A stretch of 32,409 nt of DNA. It comes from Candidatus Micrarchaeota archaeon (GTDB lineage Archaea; Micrarchaeota; Micrarchaeia; Micrarchaeales; CABMGC01). Location: positions 1 through 32,409 of the forward strand of contig JAJZIZ010000001.1 of NCBI GenBank assembly GCA_021846005.1, written 5' to 3'. Shown here piece after piece: positions 26,422 through 32,409 of this stretch (position 1 is its first letter; each line of letters opens with the position of its first letter). A model generated the notes under the pieces. It had not been told where the DNA came from. It saw only the letters and a list, made by a program, of their open reading frames with translations, and did not search any database. Both the position numbers and the translations under genes were made by a program.

Positions 26422-26778
26422 TCACTTGTATACCGATCTATAGACATTGTTGGAATCGTCGGTTATCACTATGCATTCGCCTTCGCATTCCACCAGGCAT
26501 GCCTGGCAAAGTATGCATGAAGGGCCTCCGATTGCAACAGAAATGCCACCGCTTCCTCCTTCGTGCTTTTCAGCGAAGTGTTTGTGGCCGTCCTGTACAT
26601 TCTGCCATTTTGCAGTGACTTCAGGCAGGTGGCTTCCTTTCCATTTCTGGTCATCAGGGGCAACGTCGCTGTTTACGTCTGGGTCTTCCCTGTCTTTCAT
26701 CTGAAATACTGCGACCGGGCAGACATCAAAGCAGTGTGAACATCCTGTGCACTTTGGTTTCTCTACGTATACCTGCAT
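26422..26778 (-). CDS. 2x[4Fe-4S] ferredoxin with a long insertion between the cluster motifs
   Basis: The two cluster motifs [12 protein letters not shown] and [11 protein letters not shown] are separated by ~60 aa. ATG at 26778 is preceded by an AGGTG SD. Confidence 0.8.
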   Translation of the reverse strand: MQVYVEKPKCTGCSHCFDVCPVAVFQMKDREDPDVNSDVAPDDQKWKGSHLPEVTAKWQNVQDGHKHFAEKHEGGSGGISVAIGGPSCILCQACLVECEGECIVITDDSNNVYRSVYK

Positions 26779-26889
26779 TTTTACACCTGAAATATACATT
26801 CTTTGGAAAAGTTTATATAACTGATTTATATTCTGCCGAAGATTGACGTTGCGTTCACCTTTTGCCGTTATCGGCTTCTCTGCAAAGCC

Positions 26890-28125
26890 TCATTCCGGTT
26901 TGAGGAAGACAGTCCCGCATTTATTAATGTCGATATATTTCTCAAGGTATTTTCTGAAAGTGTCCATACTCACTTCAGAAATCAGTTTTGGCATTCTGTC
27001 CAGCAGATAGGCTCCGTTGTACATGAGCTCATAATCGGAAATTGACACTGCCATCGTCATTGTATCCTCCCTCATTATCCTATATCCTACGCTAAGGGAT
27101 TTCTTGGTGCGTTCGAACTCCTCCTTGTCAATCTCTCCGTCCTGCAGTTTCTTAAACTCTCCAAGCATTATCTTCAGGGTCTGGTCATAGTTCTTAGGCT
27201 CTATGCCTGCCGCGCCTGCAAGAAACCCGAACGTGCTGTATGGACTGTACGAAGCCACCGGATCGTAAGAAAGCCCCCTCTTTTCCCTGATCTCCTCAAA
27301 GAGCTTGTCGCTGAGATACCTCTCGGCTATGTTCAGTGCCATGAACTCGTCAACGCTCTTTTCTGAATATTCCTTGCATATGAAACCTATGCCTATTCTT
27401 GCCTGCCTTATTCCTTTTCTTTTTATGGTTATGGATCTTTTCATGGGTTTTTCGCGCGCCGGCTTCCTTTCCAGTTTCTTATACTCCCTTTCCATCCCTC
27501 CAAAATATTCCTTCGCAAGAGAGAAAGCCTCTTTGCTGCTTATTCCTCCATATATGGAGAGCACGCCATTTTTAGGAGTATAATATTTCTCATATATCTT
27601 TGCAAGGTCGTCTCTCTTGGTGTTTCTTATTGTCTGCTCGCTGTCCCCTCCCACTGACATCTTCGCAGGATGCTTCCTGTAAAGAACTCTTGGTATGTAA
27701 TCCGATATCATGTACCTTGGATTGTCATGGTGTATCATATTCTCGTTTATTATAGGTCCCCTTTCAAGTTCAAATTCGTTCTCCGGTATCGTAGAATTAT
27801 TTATCATGTCTGAAAGTATGTCCATTGTTTTGGCAATGTATCCTTTGTATGCCTGCATGAAATACAATGTAGTTTCATGGTCTGTGGTTGCATTGTATCT
27901 GATCCCAAGCTCCTTCAGCCGGTCATCTATCTGCTTCCATGTCCTTTTTCCGGTGCCTTTGAACATCATGTGTTCCAGAAAATGGGCAGCGCCATTTATC
28001 CTGCCAGGCTCATCTACCGAGCCGAACCTGACTCCGAAGCATATCGCAACAGTCTCCAACTGCGGAAACGGATGCACTAAAACTTTCAATCCGTTGTCAA
28101 GTATCTTAGAAGTTGTTTCCTCCAT
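26890..28125 (-). CDS. M16-family zinc metallopeptidase (pitrilysin/insulinase-like)
   Basis: Inverted zinc motif HFLEHMMF (HxxEH) with a downstream E. ~410 aa in a two-domain layout. ATG at 28125 is preferred. Confidence 0.85.
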   Translation of the reverse strand: MEETTSKILDNGLKVLVHPFPQLETVAICFGVRFGSVDEPGRINGAAHFLEHMMFKGTGKRTWKQIDDRLKELGIRYNATTDHETTLYFMQAYKGYIAKTMDILSDMINNSTIPENEFELERGPIINENMIHHDNPRYMISDYIPRVLYRKHPAKMSVGGDSEQTIRNTKRDDLAKIYEKYYTPKNGVLSIYGGISSKEAFSLAKEYFGGMEREYKKLERKPAREKPMKRSITIKRKGIRQARIGIGFICKEYSEKSVDEFMALNIAERYLSDKLFEEIREKRGLSYDPVASYSPYSTFGFLAGAAGIEPKNYDQTLKIMLGEFKKLQDGEIDKEEFERTKKSLSVGYRIMREDTMTMAVSISDYELMYNGAYLLDRMPKLISEVSMDTFRKYLEKYIDINKCGTVFLKPE

Positions 28126-28256
28126 GCTAATCCTACAGATGGCAAAATATAAATTCTGTTTCGCATTCAGCATGCAAAATCTTGCAGTTTATCCGTTGTT
28201 TGGTTTCCCGGACTAGAAGGCAAAGGATATAAATATGGGATTTTCCATATTTAATC

Positions 28257-29801
28257 ATGGCTGACCAGCAGGCAGGGGCAGAACCACAGGCATCAAGTTC
28301 TGACCAAAAGCCCAAACCTGAGGGCACAAAGAATCCGAAGGCTAAGGATTACTATACTCAGGCAGGCAAGGCCTTCGAAGAGAACAAGTTCGAGGAATCC
28401 ATTGTCCTTTATTCAAGGGCTATAACCGAGGATCCAAATTACGCTAGCGCCTATTTCAACAGGGCGCTCTCCTACGCTATACTTAACAATTATACCGATG
28501 CCACCCGTGATGCCGAGCATGTCCTGGACATGGAACCTGACAGTTACGATGCTCCCTATGTCATGGGCATAATATCAGAATACCAAAACGATCTTCAGGG
28601 CGCCAAGGAGTGGTATGAGAAATCCCTTGCCAAAAATCCTGGGTATGAACAGGCAAAGGTTCGCCTCGAGCAGGTAAATGTGAAAATGGCATCGCCACAG
28701 CCCCAGCAGGCTCAGCAGACTGCACCTGATGCTCAAAGCCCAAGCATTGTTTCCAATGCAGACAAGACTGACATGCAGGAAGGCCAGATAAAGAAGGTAA
28801 GATTCCACAAGTCTACCATAAATTTCAAGGATGTAGTCGGAATGGAGGAGCAGAAAAAGCTCATCTATGAGAACATAATCCTCGCGATAAAGAAGCCTGA
28901 ATTGCTAAAGGTCTATGGCAAGAAGCTAGGCCTTGGGGTAATATTCTACGGGCCTCCTGGAAACGGGAAGACATATCTGGTGAATGCGATCAGCGGCGAG
29001 ACCAAGTCCAATGTCATCATAGCAAGGATAAACGAAATAGTTGACATGTATGCTGGAAATACTGAGAAGAACATGCATGCAATATTTGAGCAGGCAAGAG
29101 CCAATACTCCTGTAATAGTGTTCTTCGACGAAATAGACGCCTTGGGAATGAAGCGAAACGGCGGCGGCGGAGGCGGCGAACAATCCAGTACAATGCGAAT
29201 GGCAGTAAACCAGTTCCTTCAGGAAATGGACGGGGTTGAGAAGAATCCTGAAGGCATATTCATCATAGGGGCCACGAACCAGCCTTGGGACATAGATTCA
29301 GCACTGAAGAGGAGCAAACGTTTTGGAGAATCGATATACGTGCCTCCTCCGGATCGCAAATCAAGGCGCCAGGCATTCATATATAACACCAGAAAGATGC
29401 CAATAAAGGGCATAAACTTCGGCAGGCTGGCAAGAGCCACAATGGGCTTCTCCCAGGCAGACATCGAGGAGATATGCGACAAGGCAGCCCTTATTCCAGC
29501 AGCAGAGGAAGACCGCACCGGCAAGAGAAGAAGCATATACATGAGGGACTTCCTCAGGATGATAAAGAAGCACGGCAACAGCCTTGATGAATGGTACTCG
29601 CAAATGAAGAAGGAAGTCATAAGCAAGACCGAGACAAGCGTGGTCGATGGCAAGAAGCAGACTGTTGTGAAGGAGGGCAAGCTGACTGCAGAGGAGAAGA
29701 CCAGATACAAGCCTATGATAAAGGACGTGAAGAGGAATACAAACTCATTATACATAAGGGTAAAGAAGATCGTGAGATGGACGGCACTGAACGTAATGTG
29801 A
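28257..29801 (+). CDS. TPR-repeat + single-domain AAA+ ATPase (Vps4/katanin-like motif pattern)
   Basis: About 3 N-terminal TPR repeats (AYFNRALSYAILNNYTDATRDAEHVLDMEP...). A Q/P-rich linker follows. Walker A is GPPGNGKT and Walker B is VIVFFDEIDAL. The pore loop is MYAG and the SRH region is ATNQPWDIDSALKRSKRF..IYVPPPD. Confidence 0.85.
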   Translation: MADQQAGAEPQASSSDQKPKPEGTKNPKAKDYYTQAGKAFEENKFEESIVLYSRAITEDPNYASAYFNRALSYAILNNYTDATRDAEHVLDMEPDSYDAPYVMGIISEYQNDLQGAKEWYEKSLAKNPGYEQAKVRLEQVNVKMASPQPQQAQQTAPDAQSPSIVSNADKTDMQEGQIKKVRFHKSTINFKDVVGMEEQKKLIYENIILAIKKPELLKVYGKKLGLGVIFYGPPGNGKTYLVNAISGETKSNVIIARINEIVDMYAGNTEKNMHAIFEQARANTPVIVFFDEIDALGMKRNGGGGGGEQSSTMRMAVNQFLQEMDGVEKNPEGIFIIGATNQPWDIDSALKRSKRFGESIYVPPPDRKSRRQAFIYNTRKMPIKGINFGRLARATMGFSQADIEEICDKAALIPAAEEDRTGKRRSIYMRDFLRMIKKHGNSLDEWYSQMKKEVISKTETSVVDGKKQTVVKEGKLTAEEKTRYKPMIKDVKRNTNSLYIRVKKIVRWTALNVM

Positions 29802-29858
29802 CATTCTAAATCTACCAAGCCAAGGACAGCTGCCTGTATGCTATATAAAATTCACAGA

Positions 29859-29882
29859 GCCAGCATTTGCTGCCTTGCTGGC
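29859..29882. terminator. hairpin GCCAGCA-n10-TGCTGGC between the convergent AAA gene and the acidic sORF
   Basis: A perfect 7-bp stem seen directly, with A/T-rich flanks. Confidence 0.35.
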
Positions 29883-29925
29883 CCTGCATAAAAACAAAAT
29901 AAAGGATTAGATTAAAAAAAGATGA

Positions 29926-30039
29926 CTATTCGTCACTGTCCATATCTTCGTCCCAATCTTCCTCTTCGTCTCCTTCGTCATCAAAGTCTTCATCTTCCTC
30001 ATCTTCTTCATCTTCTTCAGTTTCTTCTTTTTTCGCCAT
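29926..30039 (-). CDS. 37-aa hyper-acidic small protein
   Basis: MAKKEETEEDEEDEEDEDFDDEGDEEEDWDEDMDSDE; 27 of 37 residues are D/E. A GGTGA SD lies 4 nt upstream of the ATG. A consensus-like TATA box (TTTAAATA) lies ~44 nt upstream. It is below the ORF-track cutoff. Confidence 0.5.
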   Translation of the reverse strand: MAKKEETEEDEEDEEDEDFDDEGDEEEDWDEDMDSDE

Positions 30040-30082
30040 GCTTTCACCTTCGTGTTGTATCCAAATACCTATATAAGATAAT

Positions 30083-30090
30083 TATTTAAA
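30083..30090 (-). promoter_or_regulatory. TATA box (TTTAAATA on the minus strand) for the acidic sORF
   Basis: It matches the archaeal TATA consensus TTTAWATA. The spacing is compatible with a ~20-nt leader containing the SD. Confidence 0.35.
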
Positions 30091-30271
30091 CGTATCTAAA
30101 AACTTAGGCAAAACCCATTCCAACCAAACCTGGAACTGGCATTGGCGTTTCATTGCATGTTTTACAATTTGCAGCTTGAAGGGAAAACAAGATGCTTTTA
30201 TATCTTATCTGTGCATATCTCCAAATACGGATGACTGCCATCTGGCAATCCGATCAGATCACTGTATAAAA

Positions 30272-30343
30272 GGGCTTGTAGCGCAACGGCAGCGCGCCCG
30301 CTTTGCATGCGGAAGGTTGCGGGTTCAAATCCCGCCAAGTCCA
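30272..30343 (+). tRNA. tRNA-Ala (anticodon UGC)
   Basis: Manual cloverleaf. Acceptor GGGCTTG/CAAGTCC carries the G3:U70 Ala identity pair. D stem is GCGC/GCGC. Anticodon stem is CCGC/GCGG plus one C-A mismatch. The loop is TT-TGC-AT, the T arm is GCGGG-TTCAAAT-CCCGC and the discriminator is A. No CCA is encoded. Confidence 0.92.
30282..30343 (+). repeat. 62-nt direct repeat, copy 1 (tRNA-Ala positions 11-72; att-like)
   Basis: Identical over 62/62 nt to 32135-32196, checked base by base. Confidence 0.95.
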
Positions 30344-30690
30344 TAAAGCCTTTCGGGAAAGAGATGTGTGTAGCGAGGGGATGGTATATGTCAAAAAGAA
30401 AAGAAGATGATGTTTATATCGAGACCCGAAGAGATTCTAAGAATCCATTCGACCATCCCAGTCTTTTTAGGCAAGAGATAATTCAAACATCAAGTTAACC
30501 CCCTCAAATCCACTATAATGGTAAGGGATTTATCTGTGCTCTTATTACTTCTCGATGTCCTGTTGGTTGCGAGGATTGCATGTTTTTTCTAACATGGCCG
30601 AAAGCAAAAATTCGTATAATACGATGACATCACGACTAATCTCAAATTTAATTGAGCAAATACAAAATAAGTGTCTTTTGAGGTGTGCTT

Positions 30691-30906
30691 CTACAATACC
30701 CCACAGCTTGCTGTGGGGTTATTTATTTTTGACCTTAAAGTTAAGAAGGTCTGAATAACTGCGTTCTTATCTGTAACGTCGAGTTCCAGTAAGTCTTCGA
30801 ACAATTTATTTTTATGAAACGTGCCGATTACTTCATAATGTTTCTTTAGATTCATGAATATGCTTGCTCCAACATATCCACTTGCACCTGTAATTATGAT
30901 TTTCAT
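30691..30906 (-). pseudogene. N-terminal fragment of an NAD(P)-dependent epimerase/reductase (RmlD-like SDR)
   Basis: MKIIITGASGYVGASI (Rossmann GxxGxxG) and LELDVTDKNAVIQTF are typical of RmlD-like N-termini. Only ~55 authentic residues remain; the frame then runs into the hairpin at 30699-30718 and stops. Confidence 0.6.
30699..30730 (+). terminator. bacterial-style intrinsic terminator (GC hairpin + T-tract) on the + strand
   Basis: CCCCACAGC-tt-GCTGTGGGG is followed by TTATTTATTTTT. It sits at the truncation point of the minus-strand SDR fragment. Confidence 0.5.
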
Positions 30907-30916
30907 TCGAACCCTA

Positions 30917-31753
30917 TCAATTAATATCTATAATAATCGGTGCGTGGTCACTTGGAGCTTCAAGTTTTTCTGCAGGAGCGCGTTCTTCTTTATCTATCCA
31001 TATCCTATTTACTAAATTTGCGGCGTTTTTGTCTCCTAGAACCAAATCGAAACGCAGACCTTCATTGCGATTAAAGCCATTTCTCATATAAGGCCACCAA
31101 GTGAAAACGCGTTCTTGAGTTTTTGTTCGTAAGATATCCTGTAATCGGTTTCCTTGAAGCTTTTTTAGCCAAGCTCTCTCTTCAGTTGTACAATGAATTC
31201 TGTCCTTAAGTCCTTTAGGATCCCATACGTCACAATCATCAGGAGCCACGTTAAAGTCTCCCATGACGAGAAGAGGAGGGGTCTGTGGTAGGCTTTGTAA
31301 CCAGTTTCCAAATGCCTCCATCCAACGGCCTTTCAGTAGAAACTTATTGCTTGTCCTATTTTCACCGTTTATTACATACGCATTAACCAACCGAAATCCG
31401 CCAATACAAGCTGATAGCACTCGCGCCTCGCCAGATGCTGGGTCTTCTGGAAAACCGCGTAAAACTTCAGAAAACTTAAGATGGTCTTCTACTTTAACAG
31501 ACGTAATGGAATGAGCCATTAAATTATGTTGTTTGGCACCGCCACGAACTAGTATGGCAACACCATTATAGCTAGTTTGACCGTAAAGTATTGAGTGATA
31601 ACCTGCAGTGCTCAATTGAGCTTCAGGAAAATCGGGATCAGCTACCTTAGTTTCCTGTAAGCATAATATTTCGGGCATATGCCTTTTGAGAAGTGCTAAC
31701 AGTCTAGGTATCCGTGCACGGACAGAATTTATATTCCAAGATATAATACGCAT
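30917..31753 (-). CDS. xthA: exodeoxyribonuclease III (AP endonuclease, EEP family)
   Basis: ISWNINS, LCLQETK, YNGVAIL, GDFNVAP, FTWW.Y and SDHAP motifs. 278 aa. Confidence 0.9.
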   Translation of the reverse strand: MRIISWNINSVRARIPRLLALLKRHMPEILCLQETKVADPDFPEAQLSTAGYHSILYGQTSYNGVAILVRGGAKQHNLMAHSITSVKVEDHLKFSEVLRGFPEDPASGEARVLSACIGGFRLVNAYVINGENRTSNKFLLKGRWMEAFGNWLQSLPQTPPLLVMGDFNVAPDDCDVWDPKGLKDRIHCTTEERAWLKKLQGNRLQDILRTKTQERVFTWWPYMRNGFNRNEGLRFDLVLGDKNAANLVNRIWIDKEERAPAEKLEAPSDHAPIIIDIN

Positions 31754-31901
31754 AAGTATTACTGTAATAATTATTTATTAAAACCCATTTTACGGATACT
31801 TTGTATCCATTGAAATTCTAAATGTATGAAATTGAATAGCCAATTTTATTTTGGCTGTTGGGTTTATTAGAGTGGCCGGTAAGCGCATCGATCAATGTTG
31901 A

Positions 31902-31923
31902 AAAACTTTTTACGAAAAGTTTT
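31902..31923. repeat. perfect 22-nt hairpin/palindrome AAAACTTTT-tacg-AAAAGTTTT
   Basis: Seen directly in the non-coding stretch between xthA and the right tRNA repeat. Confidence 0.6.
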
Positions 31924-32113
31924 ATCAAAAAGTCTTGGTGCGCAACCTTTTTGGAAAGGTTGAGCCAAAACACTAGGTGCGGTTTGCGCGGGATTTGCAC
32001 CGTAGCTCTTTATATTTCTAAATGCGGTATAATCCATGTGCGGATACACAGATGTTCGCATTTTACGAAATATGATCTACGGTGGCTTAAATGGCTAGAA
32101 AAATAGATTACAG

Positions 32114-32131
32114 GGCGCGTGAGAGCGCGCC
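32114..32131. repeat. GC-only hairpin GGCGCG-tgagag-CGCGCC, 3 nt upstream of the partial tRNA copy
   Basis: Seen directly; 6 consecutive G:C pairs. Confidence 0.6.
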
Positions 32132-32134
32132 GTT

Positions 32135-32196
32135 CGCAACGGCAGCGCGCCCGCTTTGCATGCGGAAGGTTGCGGGTTCAAATCCCGCCAAGTCCA
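32135..32196 (+). repeat. 62-nt direct repeat, copy 2 (orphan 3' portion of tRNA-Ala lacking positions 1-10)
   Basis: Identical to 30282-30343. The upstream 10 nt cannot pair with the acceptor 3' strand, so this is not a complete tRNA. Confidence 0.95.
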
Positions 32197-32280
32197 CTGT
32201 ATCATTTCTCTGCAAATAAAGCCATCATGCGCATGCATGCAGTGGCAATATCACTTCCTTCATCAATTTCCATGCGGTGT

Positions 32281-32296
32281 GTCTGAAATTTCAGAC
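32281..32296. repeat. perfect 16-nt palindrome GTCTGAAATTTCAGAC
   Basis: Seen directly, in the sparsely coding right end of the window. Its function is unknown. Confidence 0.5.
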
Positions 32297-32409
32297 CAAG
32301 AAACGAACTTAGGAACTTGACAAATTATAAATCTTAACATTCGATGGATCCTGTTTCTCTCTTCTCTCTTTTTGGTATAGTGAGAGGTACGTCTCCTGTA
32401 GCGAATTTG

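Larger units (their letters stand above)
30344..32134. mobile_element. 1.79-kb islet bracketed by tRNA-Ala 3' direct repeats (integrated-element remnant, no integrase seen)
   Basis: The att-like 62-nt repeats flank it. The content is a mosaic: xthA, a truncated RmlD-like fragment, an intrinsic-terminator-like hairpin and ~380 bp of non-coding DNA. It appears AT-richer than the flanks, and xthA uses CGN Arg codons noticeably. Confidence 0.45.

Noticed and set aside
30307-30498. ORF starting inside tRNA-Ala and reading into the islet. I considered it as the N-terminal half of an SSV-type integrase split by integration.
   Set aside because: It has no tyrosine-recombinase motifs. No complementary fragment reads through the right repeat, where the only read-through frame is a 36-aa minus-strand ORF with no resemblance. 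The 5' third is merely translated tRNA sequence.
30555-30758. 67-aa + strand ORF in the islet.
   Set aside because: It reads straight through the 9-bp GC hairpin and T-tract of the terminator-like element. It has no SD and its product does not look protein-like.
31818-32106. Three overlapping ORFs (31818-32000 minus, 31858-32106 plus, 31867-32061 minus).
   Set aside because: They are mutually exclusive, have no start signals or recognisable motifs, and the region is dominated by palindromes and repeats. It is treated as non-coding.
32135-32196. Second tRNA-Ala-like sequence, considered as a complete second tRNA gene.
   Set aside because: The 10 nt upstream (gcgcgccgtt) cannot form the acceptor or D-stem 5' strands. 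It is only a 3' partial copy, treated as a repeat/att site.
1-32409. Window-wide look for CRISPR arrays, rRNA genes, cas genes, integrases/recombinases and toxin-antitoxin pairs.
   Set aside because: There are no regularly spaced direct repeats and no rRNA-like stretches. No ORF shows recombinase (R..H..R..Y), Cas or typical TA motifs. The only long exact repeats are the 62-nt tRNA repeat and the 20/28-nt parvulin 3' repeat.
32197-32409. Possible partial genes at the right edge: a + strand ATG at 32344 open to the end (22 codons), and minus-strand frames entering from the edge and stopping after 24 or 48 codons.
   Set aside because: The sequence is too short to discriminate between them, the frames conflict, and no motif is visible. 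They are left unannotated.

Overview
This 32.4-kb window reads as a chromosomal segment of an archaeon. The informational genes are of archaeal type: topoisomerase VI subunit B, PCNA, SecY, ribosomal protein eS26, Trm1, an aDim2-like KH protein, and an Lhr-type helicase with its metallophosphoesterase partner. GGTGA/GGAGG Shine-Dalgarno motifs, TTG/GTG starts, 4-nt ATGA gene overlaps and T-tract terminators are frequent. I cannot assign a lineage without a database search. Gene order is scrambled relative to classical archaeal operons: secY is not in an r-protein operon and top6B has no adjacent top6A. Most of the window is housekeeping or metabolic: glutamate dehydrogenase, carbamate kinase, Na+/H+ antiporter, RNase HI, a GT2 glycosyltransferase, an alpha/beta hydrolase, a parvulin PPIase, a ferredoxin and an M16 peptidase. 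Six accessory or unusual signals stand out. (1) Two independent decayed TnpB (IS200/IS605 OrfB) relics lie at 226-774 and 9441-~10200. (2) A complete tRNA-Ala(UGC) has its 3' 62 nt repeated perfectly 1.79 kb downstream. The repeats bracket an integrase-less islet with an ExoIII gene, a truncated RmlD-like fragment, a bacterial-style intrinsic terminator and about 380 bp of structured non-coding DNA. (3) A 28-nt duplication (20 nt perfect) of the 3' end of the parvulin gene brackets a ~0.9-kb AT-rich cassette encoding a membrane-anchored, sequon-dense Asn-rich protein. (4) A TPR + Vps4/katanin-like AAA+ ATPase is divergent from the M16 peptidase and convergent with a 37-aa hyper-acidic sORF missing from the ORF track. 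(5) A small, very basic protein is built from two tandem repeats. (6) An ankyrin-repeat protein sits immediately upstream of RNase HI. I saw no CRISPR array, rRNA or recognisable integrase/recombinase. All functional calls come from motif recognition by eye; no searches or statistics were run.
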